From the NCBI GenBank assembly GCA_965207735.1, contig OZ242296.1, positions 1,248,001 through 1,312,000 on the forward strand: 64,000 nucleotides of DNA, in the 5' to 3' direction. A model generated the notes under the pieces. That model was given only the letters and a program-made list of their open reading frames with translations. It was not told where the DNA came from and searched no databases. How positions within the stretch are numbered: position 1 is the first letter of the stretch; the number at the start of each line of letters is the position of its first letter. This document shows, piece after piece, positions 1 through 10,102 of this stretch. Position numbers and translations under genes: made by a program. The DNA comes from Candidatus Versatilivorator sp. GTDB lineage: Bacteria; Acidobacteriota; Terriglobia; Versatilivoradales; Versatilivoraceae.

Positions 1-1
1 T

Positions 2-70
2 CTTGCCCGTTTCCCGGGCGGGTGTAAACCATGTTCCCGGTCTAAAGTGTAAACGCCGTTCTCGGTTAGT
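2..70 (+). repeat. Degenerate repeat with IS481-terminus-like tandem TGTAAA motifs
   Basis: GTGTAAACCATGTTCCCGGTCTAAAGTGTAAAC. Bases 2-40 resemble 26337-26376 (CTTGCCCGaTTCCtGGGCatgaTGTAAAtgATGTT). Confidence 0.45.
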
Positions 71-75
71 GCCCG

Positions 76-145
76 GTATCACTCCCCCCTTGAGGGGGAG
101 TCGCAGAAGTCGAGCCGTATGGCGAAGGCTGATGCGGTGGGGGGC
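76..145 (+). repeat. REP-like palindrome (GTATCACTCCCCCCTTGAGGGGGAGTCG family)
   Basis: Hairpin CTCCCCC-CTTGA-GGGGGAG. An inverted related copy lies at ~26248-26315. Confidence 0.75.
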
Positions 146-348
146 GGTCGCCGGGCTTTCAGGCGGCGTCGTGCGGCCACGCCAAGTCCCTTCAGCGCTG
201 TCTTGATCCGCTGTCATTTCTTGTGCGACACGACTTCACAAATTTTCTGGCAAAAATCAGGGCAAGCTGCGATTCTTTCTCGAAGCCTTTAGCAGGCCGG
301 CATCTCGCGGTCGCTACCGGCCGCTTGTCGTTCAGGAGAAAATCTCAG

Positions 349-1350
349 GTGGGAAAGAAAAACGGCTTCATGGTCGGGGTTGACCTTGGAGGGACCAGCA
401 TGATGGCGGCGGCGCTGGACAGCCGCGGCCATGTGCTTGCCTCCAGGAAGCGGTCCACTCGTCCCGGTCTGGGCCCCGAGGGCGTCACCCGTAGAATCGC
501 CGGGGCGGTCCGCAAGCTCCTGAAGGAGCTGGGAAAGAAATCGAAACGGGTTCAGGGTGTCGGGATCGGAGCTCCGGGAACCGTGGATCCTGAGACGGGA
601 GTGGTGCTCTACGCCCCAAACCTGGAGTGGCAGGACCATCCCCTGGCAAAAAGGCTCAGCCAACTCCTCGGACTGCCGGTGACCCTGGACAACGACGTCA
701 ATGGAGGCGCTGTCGGCGAACACGCACTCGGTTCCGGGCAAGGGGCCAGGAACCTGGTGGCGATTTTCGTCGGAACCGGCATTGGCGGCGGGGTCATTCT
801 GGAAAACCGGCTCTACCACGGAAGCTGCGGTGGGGCCGGAGAGGTGGGTCACATCAAGATCATGGCCAACGGGCCCCTTTGCGGGTGCGGGCGCAAGGGC
901 TGCGCCGAAGGGCTGGCCAGCCGCACGGCCATGGAGCGCGACATGCGTCGCGCCGTGGATTCGGGGCGAACCAGCCTGGTTCCGGCCATCATGGCCGGAA
1001 TGGGCCGGGAGCGCATGACCAGCCGGGTGATTGAAGAGGCGCTTCAGGCCGGAGATCCCCTCATGGAAGAAATTCTGGATCGGGCCCAGAACTGCCTGGG
1101 GCTGTTGGTGGCCAGCCTGGTCAACCTGCTGGATCCCGACTGCGTGGTCATTGGCGGAGGCATTGCGGATCGGTTGAAGGACCGGTTCCTGGAGCCGATT
1201 CGGGCAACGGCCGACCGGCACATTCTCAGGGCGCCACACCTGGAACCGGTCAGGATCCTGCCCTCCCGACTGGCCGGCCACGCGGGCGCGGTCGGCGCAG
1301 CCGTGCTTGCCTGGAATCGGCTGGCAGGCATCAATCCGGCCGATTCCTGA
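349..1350 (+). CDS. ROK family sugar kinase (glucokinase-like)
   Basis: GVDLGGT, DNDVN, GTGIGGG, GEVGH and CGCGRKGCAE zinc motif. GTG start at 349 chosen after an AGGAGA RBS. Confidence 0.9.
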   Translation: MGKKNGFMVGVDLGGTSMMAAALDSRGHVLASRKRSTRPGLGPEGVTRRIAGAVRKLLKELGKKSKRVQGVGIGAPGTVDPETGVVLYAPNLEWQDHPLAKRLSQLLGLPVTLDNDVNGGAVGEHALGSGQGARNLVAIFVGTGIGGGVILENRLYHGSCGGAGEVGHIKIMANGPLCGCGRKGCAEGLASRTAMERDMRRAVDSGRTSLVPAIMAGMGRERMTSRVIEEALQAGDPLMEEILDRAQNCLGLLVASLVNLLDPDCVVIGGGIADRLKDRFLEPIRATADRHILRAPHLEPVRILPSRLAGHAGAVGAAVLAWNRLAGINPADS

Positions 1351-1454
1351 AATCCACGCCGGCTTGGTGGCAAACCGGATTTGGCACCCTAACAGAGCCC
1401 CAACCGCGCATTTTGCTTCGGCAGCCAGCGCGGTTGGCGCTAGAATCTTGGATC

Positions 1455-2150
1455 ATGATTCAGGTTTCAGTCGCCGCGCCTTGCAACGGCTCCGGAAAAA
1501 CATCGCTCCTGCTGGCCATTCTCAGGGCTTTCCCGGGAGTTTTTTCAACCGCCAAGTTCACCACCATCTATCGGGACGAACAGTTTTGTCCCGTAGGAAA
1601 CAGCGGCTGCCCCTGCCATCGCCTGGAGGGAAATTTTCTGCTCTGCGAGGACCCCATTGTCCTGGCCCAACCGGATACGGACACGGGCAAGCTTGTGGAG
1701 GCCGGCACCAGAGAGTCCTTGTGGGGTGTGGCCCGCCCCGAAGGATACCCGGCACTGGTCGATCTGCTTCGCAGAGACCGATTTCGGGAGAGCACGCGGC
1801 TGTTGACCGAGGGAAACACCGTCTTGGGCCACATGACGCCCGATTTCCTGCTCTTCGTCGTCAACCCCTGCCTTCCCCGGAATTGGTGGAAAGGCGACTC
1901 GGAACGGCTTATGGAAGCCGCCGACCTGGTGGTGGTCAACCCATTCCTTCCGGAAGCTGACCGGAACGGCGCTGCCGACGACCCTTCGGTCGAGCAGACT
2001 CTGACCCACCATGCCGAAAAATGCATCCGTTGCCAGGCCGGGTTGGGACTGGACCACTGGAACGACCGGCGTCCCTTCGATGCCATTCAGGCGCTGCTGG
2101 CAGGCGCGGTGGGGCCATCCGGTCTCAGGCCGACGGCGCGCGGCTTTTGA
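1455..2150 (+). CDS. Uncharacterised P-loop NTPase-like protein with Cys cluster
   Basis: Walker A-like APCNGSGKTS, CPVGNSGCPC, DTDTGKL and LLTEGN. Confidence 0.7.
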   Translation: MIQVSVAAPCNGSGKTSLLLAILRAFPGVFSTAKFTTIYRDEQFCPVGNSGCPCHRLEGNFLLCEDPIVLAQPDTDTGKLVEAGTRESLWGVARPEGYPALVDLLRRDRFRESTRLLTEGNTVLGHMTPDFLLFVVNPCLPRNWWKGDSERLMEAADLVVVNPFLPEADRNGAADDPSVEQTLTHHAEKCIRCQAGLGLDHWNDRRPFDAIQALLAGAVGPSGLRPTARGF

Positions 2151-2176
2151 GCCGACCTCATTGCTTCCCCTCTACA

Positions 2177-4441
2177 ATGGACGATCCCACAGTGGCGGCT
2201 TTGCTTGAAGACAAGGCGGCTCCCAAACACCTCGCCTTTCGGCGAGCCACGGCGATACTGCTGTTCCTGTTGCTGATCCCTGCCGGTTGGGGTTCAAGGG
2301 TCCTGGCCCAGGGGTCGGACGAGGTCCGTTTCGAGCAGCTCTGCCGCAATTTCGTGGATGGGGACTCCCCCTCCGCCAGGCTGGAGCTGCTGGAGTTCAG
2401 CCAGAGTAGCCCGCAGAGTCCCCTGGCCGCCCTCGGGTACTACCTGCTGGGCCACAAGGACCTCCAGGAGGAGCGTCTCGAATCGGCACTGGATGCGCTG
2501 GAACTGGCCCTGGTCGGAGCCGACCAGGTCCCCATCCCGGACTTCATCCTCTTTCACCACGCCGAGGTCCTGCACAAGCTCAATCGGCCTGCACGCGCCA
2601 TCGAGGAGTGGCTCACCTACCTGAGGCGGTTTCCGCGAGGCCATCATGCCAGGCGGGCCATCGGTTTGCTTTGGGAAGACGCTCTGCTGGCGGGAAACCC
2701 CCAACTCGTTTTTGAATCTCAACAGGATTGGCCCCATCTCTCCAGGTCGGCCGAGGCTCTTTACTACGCCGCGGCCGCTCACGAGTCGATGGGGGAGACC
2801 CGGCGATCCATCGACGGCTACCTCCGCCTGCACTACCGGTCCCCCTTGAGCGCGGTGAGTTCGAAGGCTCTGGAGGCCATCACTCGGCTGCAGCTCGACC
2901 ATCCCGGGGAGTCCTTCGATGTCCCGCCGGCCTGGAAGAGAGACCGGGCCGAAAAACTCTTCAAGGGGAAACGGTACCGCCAGGCCGTGGAGGCGTTGAG
3001 CGCCGCCCTGGAAACGACCGAGTCGGCCGCCGAAAGAGCCAAGTACCAGTTGTGGCGGGCCATTTCCGAATTTCACTCCCGAAACCAACGGGAATCTCTC
3101 TGGACCTTGCAGGCCCTGCCCCCGAAATTGGCGCTGCAGCCTCAGGCCTTGTTCTACCGGGCCGAGAACTACCGCAGACTCGACGACGACGATTCCTTCC
3201 GGGAGACCGTTCAGCAGATTCAGCAGCGTTACCCCAGGTCCTCATGGCTGGAGCGAGCCTGGTTCAGCCTGGCCAATTCCCGATTGGTCAAACGCGAGCT
3301 GGACGAGGCCAACCGCTTCTACCTCAAGATGTCCGACCGTTTCTCCAGCGGACCACGGGTCACTCGCGCCCATTGGCGGGTGGCCTGGTACCATTACAGG
3401 CAGCGCGACCGGCGCCAAGCCCTCGCGCTGTTTGCCGAACACCTCCAGCGGTTTCCGCGCTCGCCCCACCGGCCGGCTGCCATCTACTGGACCGCTCGCA
3501 TCCGGGAAGAATCGGGCGATCCCGGGCAGGCCAGGCCCCTGTACCGGGCGATCACCGAGCTTTTCAGCAACCACTACTACGCTCATCGGTCCAGGGAACG
3601 CCTGGCGGAAAACCAGCCGACCAGAGCGGACGAAGCGGTGTTGGATCCAACGCTTTCCCATATACTGGGCCGCTTCAAGCGCCGCACCGCCTCCCGTTTC
3701 TCCTCGAAGGCCGCCCAGGTTCCCGATTTGCCTGAGCGGCTATCCGCCCGAGTCAGGACGCTCGCCTTGATCCAGTTGTTCGAGGCGGCCGCCGGAGAGC
3801 TCCTCCGAACCAGCCCAAACACAAGAGGCACGCGGCTTCAGGCAGCCATCCTCCTCCACCGGGGCGGCCGCTACCGCGCCTCCACCTCTCACCTGCAGCA
3901 GCTCTTCCCGGGCTTTGTCTACCGGTCCTTCGCCACGCTCCCCCGGAACATCTGGCGGATGCTCCTCCCCATCGAACACGCCCCGCTCTTTGCCCGGGAA
4001 GCTCGAAGACACGGGCTCGATCCCTACCTGCTGGTGGCGCTGGTCCGCCAGGAATCGGCCTTCGATCCCCGGGCCGAGTCGGTGGCGCAGGCCCGGGGAT
4101 TGATGCAACTCATCCCCCCGACGGCCAGACGGGTGGCGCGCCAACTCAGCCTGGACCGCTTCTCGCTCGACCAACTCTTCCTTCCCCGGCTGAACATCCG
4201 CCTGGGAAGCCGGTACCTGGCCGATCGCCTGGCACAGTTCAACGGCGACGTCGACCGGGCCGTGGCCAGCTACAATGCCGGGCCCGACCCTGTCAACCTG
4301 TGGCTCAGTGAGGGCAACTATCGGGAAGCCGCCGAGTTCGTGGAGAATATTCCTTTTACCGAGACCAGGAACTACGTCAAGATCCTCCACCGCAACTTGC
4401 AGTTGTATAAGCGGCTTTACGGGGAGGAATTCCCGGAATAG
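2177..4441 (+). CDS. TPR-repeat soluble lytic murein transglycosylase (Slt70-like)
   Basis: Signal/TM segment, then TPR helices, then an SLT domain (RQES, GLMQL, ASYNAG, ETRNYV). Start uncertain. Confidence 0.9.
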   Translation: MDDPTVAALLEDKAAPKHLAFRRATAILLFLLLIPAGWGSRVLAQGSDEVRFEQLCRNFVDGDSPSARLELLEFSQSSPQSPLAALGYYLLGHKDLQEERLESALDALELALVGADQVPIPDFILFHHAEVLHKLNRPARAIEEWLTYLRRFPRGHHARRAIGLLWEDALLAGNPQLVFESQQDWPHLSRSAEALYYAAAAHESMGETRRSIDGYLRLHYRSPLSAVSSKALEAITRLQLDHPGESFDVPPAWKRDRAEKLFKGKRYRQAVEALSAALETTESAAERAKYQLWRAISEFHSRNQRESLWTLQALPPKLALQPQALFYRAENYRRLDDDDSFRETVQQIQQRYPRSSWLERAWFSLANSRLVKRELDEANRFYLKMSDRFSSGPRVTRAHWRVAWYHYRQRDRRQALALFAEHLQRFPRSPHRPAAIYWTARIREESGDPGQARPLYRAITELFSNHYYAHRSRERLAENQPTRADEAVLDPTLSHILGRFKRRTASRFSSKAAQVPDLPERLSARVRTLALIQLFEAAAGELLRTSPNTRGTRLQAAILLHRGGRYRASTSHLQQLFPGFVYRSFATLPRNIWRMLLPIEHAPLFAREARRHGLDPYLLVALVRQESAFDPRAESVAQARGLMQLIPPTARRVARQLSLDRFSLDQLFLPRLNIRLGSRYLADRLAQFNGDVDRAVASYNAGPDPVNLWLSEGNYREAAEFVENIPFTETRNYVKILHRNLQLYKRLYGEEFPE

Positions 4442-4476
4442 ACCCGGGCTGTTTGAGATTCATCTCCAGGAAGAAT

Positions 4477-4568
4477 TGCTGTCGCCGCCTACGCGGCTCG
4501 GTGGGGTGACAAAACGCTTTCCCATGGGCTTACGCCCACGGCTAACTGCTGCCGCCGCTTCGCGGCTC
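4477..4568. repeat. REP-like element between convergent genes
   Basis: Direct repeats TGCTGtCGCCGCctaCGCGGCTC and TGCTGcCGCCGCttCGCGGCTC flank the hairpin CCATGGGC-TTAC-GCCCACGG. Confidence 0.7.
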
Positions 4569-4602
4569 GACTTCGGTCCAAACCGGGAACATCCCTTGCC
4601 CA

Positions 4603-6321
4603 TCAGGCGGTGGGCGTTCGGGAGATCTCTTCCAACCCCAGCTCCCGGATCGCGACCTCCCGGATCTTGTATTTCTGGATTTTTCCCGTGACGGTCATGG
4701 GGTAGCCGTCCACGAACTTGATGTACCGCGGAATCTTGAACTTTGCGATCCGGCCCCGGCAGAAGTCCTTGATGTCCCGGTCAGTGGCCGCCCCCGGCTC
4801 CTTCAACTGAATCCAGGCCAGGATCTCTTCACCCAGCCTGGCATCGGGAACGCCTACCACCTGGACGTCGCTCACTGCCGGATGGGTGTAGAGAAACTCC
4901 TCGATCTCACGGGGATAGACGTTCTCACCGCCGCGGATAATCATGTCCTTCACTCTTCCGGTGATTCTGCAATAGTCCTCTTCGTCCAGAGTTGCCAGAT
5001 CCCCGGTGTGCAGCCAGCCTTCGGAGTCGATGGCTTGCCGGGTTGCCCTCGGATTCCTGTAGTAGCCGCTCATCACCAGGTAGCCGCGAGTGCAAAGCTC
5101 CCCCGGAGTTCCCCGGGGAACCACTTCGCCTGAACCGGGATCGACGATCCTGACTTCGGTATGGGGCAAGGGCCTCCCCACCGTCGTGACTCGGGTTCGG
5201 ACGGGGTCGCTCACCCCGGTCTGGGTGATGACCGGGGAGCTCTCGGTGAGTCCATAGGCGATGGTCATCTCCCGACAATGCATTTTCTCGACCACCTGTT
5301 TCATCACCTCGATGGGACAGGGAGAGCCGGCCATGATTCCGGTCCGCAAGGAGCCCAGATCGACCCGGGAGAATTCGGGGTGCTCCAGTTCCCGAATGAA
5401 CATGGTCGGCACGCCGTAGACAGCCGTGCATCGCTCTTGCTCGACCGCCTTCAGCGTGGTCCAGGGATCGAAGGCCTCGTCGGGAATGACCATGGCGGCT
5501 CCATGAACGGCGCAGGCCATGTTTCCCAGCACCATGCCGAAGCAGTGGTAGAAGGGCACCGGAATGCAGACACTATCCCGGCAGGTGAGCTCCATCCGTT
5601 GACCCACCAGGTAGGCGTTGTTGACGATGTTGTGGTGGGTAAGCACGGCCCCCTTGGGATAACCCGTGGTTCCGGAGGTGTACTGGATGTTTATGGAATC
5701 GTCAGCCCTCAGGGAGGCATCCGTTTCGTCCGCCACCCCCGCGGTTTCGGCAGCCTGACCGCCGGAAACCATTGCATCCCAAGTCCCCATGCCCGTCAGG
5801 GGCTGCCCCTCTCCGGCCAGAACCAGGTTTCTGAGGTGAGGGAGACTGTCAGACCGCCAGTCGTTCGGGCCCGCGCCAGCCGCTTCGGGACAGACTTCGG
5901 CAATCATCTCCAGGTAGTTCGACGACCTGAAGCCGCTAATGGTGATGAGCGTCTGGGTCTCCGACTGTTCCAGGGCGTAGTGAAGCTCGCGCGACCCGTA
6001 ACCGGGGTTGATGTTGACCATGATGGCGCCGATGCGCGCCGTGGCGAACTGGGTCAGGACCCATTGGGAGCGATTGGTCGCCCAGATGGCGACCCGGTGC
6101 CCCTTCCCGACTCCCATGGCCGCCAGCCCACGGGCGACCTCATCGACCCGTTCCAGGAACTCCTTCCACCGCAAGCGGACGCCCTCGGAAACCACCACCA
6201 GGGCTTCCCGCTCGGGATACCTGGCTGCAGTCCTCTCCAGAACCGCTCCAATGGTCGACTCGAGCAAGGGAGCGTCGCGAGGTCCGCGAGCGTAGCTCAG
6301 ACTCTGTTTGGCGGTATTCAT
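4603..6321 (-). CDS. AMP-binding acyl-CoA synthetase (ACSF2-like)
   Basis: YTSGTTGYPKG, YGLTE, GWLHTGD, GRVKDMIIRGGEN and TGKIQK. Confidence 0.92.
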   Translation of the reverse strand: MNTAKQSLSYARGPRDAPLLESTIGAVLERTAARYPEREALVVVSEGVRLRWKEFLERVDEVARGLAAMGVGKGHRVAIWATNRSQWVLTQFATARIGAIMVNINPGYGSRELHYALEQSETQTLITISGFRSSNYLEMIAEVCPEAAGAGPNDWRSDSLPHLRNLVLAGEGQPLTGMGTWDAMVSGGQAAETAGVADETDASLRADDSINIQYTSGTTGYPKGAVLTHHNIVNNAYLVGQRMELTCRDSVCIPVPFYHCFGMVLGNMACAVHGAAMVIPDEAFDPWTTLKAVEQERCTAVYGVPTMFIRELEHPEFSRVDLGSLRTGIMAGSPCPIEVMKQVVEKMHCREMTIAYGLTESSPVITQTGVSDPVRTRVTTVGRPLPHTEVRIVDPGSGEVVPRGTPGELCTRGYLVMSGYYRNPRATRQAIDSEGWLHTGDLATLDEEDYCRITGRVKDMIIRGGENVYPREIEEFLYTHPAVSDVQVVGVPDARLGEEILAWIQLKEPGAATDRDIKDFCRGRIAKFKIPRYIKFVDGYPMTVTGKIQKYKIREVAIRELGLEEISRTPTA

Positions 6322-6355
6322 GCTCTTGCCCTCGGAGCGAAAATGTTGCCGGCCA

Positions 6356-8902
6356 TTATAGCCGATGGGCGCCGCCTCGCAACGCTTCGAGCGGAGGCAG
6401 CTTGTTGAGTCCGCGAGTGGCCAGCACACCGATGAGCACGGTTACGGACGTGACCAGCAGGCATACCCCCAGACTGGGGAGAAAGGCCGGGACGAAGGGG
6501 GATTGGAAAACCAGGCGGGCCAGCACCCAGCTTCCCAGCCATGCCAGCAACACCCCTCCCACCGCGGCCGCACCCGCCAGGCAGAGATACTCCACTCCCA
6601 GAATCAGGAATACCTGCCGCCTGGAAGCTCCCAGAACCCTGAGCAACGCGCTTTCCCTTAGGCGCTGATACCTGCTGTTCCCTATCACTCCGACCAGCAC
6701 CGTGAGGCCGGCGACAATACTGAACAAGGCCATGAAACGAAGCACGAACGATACTTTCTGGAGGATTTCGTCGATGGTTTTCAGAATCAGCGCCAGGTCG
6801 ATGACCGAGACGTTGGGAAACCGCCCGACCGTGGCTCGCTGAATGGCCGCGGCCGCGGGGCCCGCGCCGGCCCGGGTCACCAAAACGTGAAACTGGGGCG
6901 CTTTCTCCAGCACACCCGGAGGAAAAACCACGAAAAAGTTGGGTTGGACCTTTCGCCAGTTCACTCTGCGGATGCTGCCCACCCGGGTTGCGACCGGCAT
7001 CCCCTGCACGTCGAATACCAGCTCGTCTCCCAAGCCGGCTTCCAGACGGCGCGCGATTCCTTCGTCCAGGGAGACGAGAGGGGGGCTGCCGCTCTCCCCT
7101 TCCCCAACCGGCCAACTTCCCCGCAGCAGTTCCTCGTTCTCCAGCAGCCCTCCCCGGTAGGTGGAGCGGTATTCCCGTCTCAAGGCCCAGTTCGGGATGG
7201 TGTTCCCGGGGTCGCTCAAATGCTGGGCGACGCTCTTTCCCCGGATCGACTGCAGCCTCATGGCCACCACCGGCATCTCCTGAAGCACGGGAGCGCCAAA
7301 CCCCCGCAAAAGGTCGGCGAGCTCCGCCTTCTGGTCCCCCTGGACATCGAACAGCACCATGTCGGGCTGACCCTTGCCGCCTGCTCTCATGATCTGGCCC
7401 AGCAGTCCCTGGTGCACCAGGTAGAGAAGCATCATCAGGAAAGTGGCGAAGCCGATCGAAAGTACCAGCACCAGAGTTTGATTGTGGGGGCGATGGAGGT
7501 TGGCCAATCCTTGGCGCCAGGGGTAGGACCAGGAGCCCGGAAAAAACCTTCGGATCAGGGCCATGCCCAGACGTGCCGCCGCCGCCAGCAGCGCCAACGA
7601 GATCAGCAGTCCAAGCACAAAGCCCACGGCATAGGTCCAACGACTGGTGTGGACCAGCGCAAACACCAGGATGGCGGCCACAATGGCCAGGCGAACCAGC
7701 CACTGGGCCCAGTCGAAGGGCTGCCGGCCGGCTTCATAGTCCATACGCAAGGCCGCCAGGGGTGAGAGCCTGCGCACGAACAACAGTGGCTGAATCGAGA
7801 ACAACCAGGCCAGGATCAGTCCGATGAGGCCGGCCCCGGCAATTCCGCTCCAGGACAGGTGGAAGGGGATGTCCACAAGCAAAAAATCCGCCAGGACGCC
7901 AGGCAGAAAATATTGAAGACCTACTCCCAGCAGGATGCCTCCAAGGATGCCGACCAGGCTCAAACCCAGGGCCTGACAGAGGTAGATGCCAAGCGTCTGG
8001 GGCGCCTTGGCTCCCAGGCAGCGCAAAAGGGCGGCCGTCGGCACCTTTCGCTTGACGTAGACGTGGACCGAGCTGGCCACGCCCAGTCCCCCCAGCAGCA
8101 AAGCGATGAATCCAGCCAGATTCAGGAAATCCGCCGAATTCTCGAAGGTTCGTCCCACACGAGCCTTGCGCTCGGCCACCGTTTCGGCCCGCAGGCCAAA
8201 CTCCAGCAGTTGCGGCTCGATTCTCCGGAGCAACGCCGTCGGCTCGATCTCGTCTTCGAACTTGAGATAGACCCGGTAGGAAGCCGTGTTCCCCCGCACC
8301 ATCAGTCCGGTCTCGTCCAGATAGGCCAGGGGGATGTAGACGCGACCGCCGAACAGGCTGCCGCCCAGAGACTCGCCCGGCATCTGCCTGAGGCGTCCGG
8401 CGATACGGAACGACCGTTCCCCGATCCGAACTTCATCTCCCGGACGCGCCTGGAACTGTTCCATCAAGCTCTCTTCGACCAGGGCAAAGGGACCCCGATC
8501 GAGCTGGGCGGGCGCATGGAGCGGCTCCACTTCCACGGTCCCGTAGAAGGGGAAGGCGGTCTCACCGGCCCTGACCTGGGCCAGTCGGCTGCCGCCGCTC
8601 CTCGGGAAATACACCATGGAGGAAAATCGCACCTCACGGGCCTGCGCTCCACCCAGGCTGTCGACCAGAGCTTCAGCCTTGCCGGTGAGCGGCTGCCGGC
8701 CGCTAAGCGCCAGATCGGCCCCCAACAAGGACTTGGCCTGGCTGTCCAAAGCCGTTTTCAGATTGGCGCGGAAGCCGCTGATCGCCACCAGCGCGGCCAC
8801 TCCCAGGACGATGGAGGCGGAGAACAGCACCAGTTGTCCGCGGCTGGACCTGCTGTCCCTCCAGGCCATCTTCCAAGGCCAGAGGGTGAGCATGGATCTC
8901 AT
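6356..8902 (-). CDS. ybbP: ABC transporter permease, YbbP/FtsX-type
   Basis: Two FtsX-like TM blocks (LLRCLGA, LLRVLGAS) and LGADL. Adjacent to the ATPase and tesA. Confidence 0.85.
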   Translation of the reverse strand: MRSMLTLWPWKMAWRDSRSSRGQLVLFSASIVLGVAALVAISGFRANLKTALDSQAKSLLGADLALSGRQPLTGKAEALVDSLGGAQAREVRFSSMVYFPRSGGSRLAQVRAGETAFPFYGTVEVEPLHAPAQLDRGPFALVEESLMEQFQARPGDEVRIGERSFRIAGRLRQMPGESLGGSLFGGRVYIPLAYLDETGLMVRGNTASYRVYLKFEDEIEPTALLRRIEPQLLEFGLRAETVAERKARVGRTFENSADFLNLAGFIALLLGGLGVASSVHVYVKRKVPTAALLRCLGAKAPQTLGIYLCQALGLSLVGILGGILLGVGLQYFLPGVLADFLLVDIPFHLSWSGIAGAGLIGLILAWLFSIQPLLFVRRLSPLAALRMDYEAGRQPFDWAQWLVRLAIVAAILVFALVHTSRWTYAVGFVLGLLISLALLAAAARLGMALIRRFFPGSWSYPWRQGLANLHRPHNQTLVLVLSIGFATFLMMLLYLVHQGLLGQIMRAGGKGQPDMVLFDVQGDQKAELADLLRGFGAPVLQEMPVVAMRLQSIRGKSVAQHLSDPGNTIPNWALRREYRSTYRGGLLENEELLRGSWPVGEGESGSPPLVSLDEGIARRLEAGLGDELVFDVQGMPVATRVGSIRRVNWRKVQPNFFVVFPPGVLEKAPQFHVLVTRAGAGPAAAAIQRATVGRFPNVSVIDLALILKTIDEILQKVSFVLRFMALFSIVAGLTVLVGVIGNSRYQRLRESALLRVLGASRRQVFLILGVEYLCLAGAAAVGGVLLAWLGSWVLARLVFQSPFVPAFLPSLGVCLLVTSVTVLIGVLATRGLNKLPPLEALRGGAHRL

Positions 8903-8913
8903 GGGAGGACGCC

Positions 8914-9699
8914 TCAGGCCGGATCCGATTCGATTCCGGCTGAATCCCGGGCAGCACCTGACAGGGTTTGCTCCGGGGCCTCGCCGGGTGGAACGAGGGA
9001 GCCTGGAACCCGATCGGAAGTGATTCTCCCACCCCTGAGGGTCAGAATCCTTCGGGTCTTGCCGGAGAGCTCCAGGTCGTGGGTCACCACCAGCAGCGTG
9101 GTGCCGAAGTCCCGGTTCATCTCCAGAAGCAACTCGATCACCTTCTCACCGGTATCGGCATCCAGGTTCCCGGTAGGCTCGTCGGCAAACAGAATCCTGG
9201 GGCGATTGACGAAAGCCCGAGCCAGACCGACTCTCTGTTGTTCCCCTCCGGACAGTTGGACCGGGTAATGGTGGGCGCGATCCTCCAGTCCCACCCGACC
9301 CAGCAGTTCGCCAGCCCAGGCTCGGCTGGGTTCGCCCCGCAGCTCCAACGGCACCATGACGTTTTCCAGCGCCGTCAGGGTCGGAACCAACTGAAAGGTC
9401 TGAAACACGAACCCTACCGATCGGTTTCTCAGTTCCGCCAAGCGGTCCTGGTCGAGGCCGCCCAGGTTCTGGCCGTTCAGCAGGATCGACCCCGAGGTGG
9501 GGTGGTCCAGGCCCGCGCACAGTCCAAGCAAGGTGGTTTTGCCACTGCCGGAAGGCCCCAGCACCGAGCAGGTTTCCCCCGGCCCCAGGGAGAAGCTGAC
9601 GTCGTCGACCACGGTGAGCAGACGCTCGCCGCTACGATAGCGCTTGGTGAGTCGGTCCACTTGCAACACCGGAGGGACAGGGCTCGCGAGGGTATTCAA
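8914..9699 (-). CDS. ybbA: ABC transporter ATP-binding protein, YbbA/LolD-type
   Basis: GPSGSGKTT, LSGGEQQR, FADEPTGNLD and VTHD. TTG start after GGAGG. Confidence 0.9.
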   Translation of the reverse strand: MNTLASPVPPVLQVDRLTKRYRSGERLLTVVDDVSFSLGPGETCSVLGPSGSGKTTLLGLCAGLDHPTSGSILLNGQNLGGLDQDRLAELRNRSVGFVFQTFQLVPTLTALENVMVPLELRGEPSRAWAGELLGRVGLEDRAHHYPVQLSGGEQQRVGLARAFVNRPRILFADEPTGNLDADTGEKVIELLLEMNRDFGTTLLVVTHDLELSGKTRRILTLRGGRITSDRVPGSLVPPGEAPEQTLSGAARDSAGIESDPA

Positions 9700-9813
9700 G
9701 AAGCGACCTCCGAAAATTAGGGGAAAACTTCGGGTGTGAGTCATCCGGGGTGAAATCGCAACGGCCGGCGTGACGCGAGGGTCGCTGTCGAATCGACGAT
9801 CCACCGGCCCTTA

Positions 9814-9842
9814 TTGTTGCACAGTTCCACCTCGGTCATAAT
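9814..9842 (+). promoter_or_regulatory. Putative sigma70 promoter
   Basis: TTGTTG-17 nt-CATAAT, immediately upstream of a structured 70-nt segment. Confidence 0.45.
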
Positions 9843-9846
9843 AGTA

Positions 9847-9916
9847 AAGCCCCCTCGGAGTTTAGCCCCCCGTCCCCGACGACGGGACGAGTCATACAGA
9901 GTGACACAGGGGGCTT
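9847..9916 (+). ncRNA. Candidate structured RNA (family not recognised)
   Basis: Perfect 9-bp closing stem AAGCCCCCT/AGGGGGCTT enclosing hairpins CGTCCC-7-GGGACG and GTCA-7-TGAC. Confidence 0.35.
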
Positions 9917-9919
9917 CAG

Positions 9920-10073
9920 ACGAGTCCTCCCCCGCCTTGGTGGGCGGATCATTCGAGAGTGAAACTATTGGAAATCGACAATCCTTTCGCGAACTTGGTA
10001 CCCCGTCGCGGTTCTCCTCAATGCCTTAGTGGCCCTTCGTCGTCCTTCGTGGCCCTTCGTGGATTCCTCTTTT
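9920..10073 (+). repeat. Dispersed intergenic repeat (TTCGTGG-motif family), empty-site copy
   Basis: Homologous to 46080-46118 plus 46455-46573. The GCCTTAGTGGCCCTTCGTCGTCCTTCGTGGCCCTTCGTGGATTCCTCTTT segment is identical. Confidence 0.85.
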
Positions 10074-10102
10074 TTCGTTTGCTACAGACAAAAGGTAGAT
10101 TG

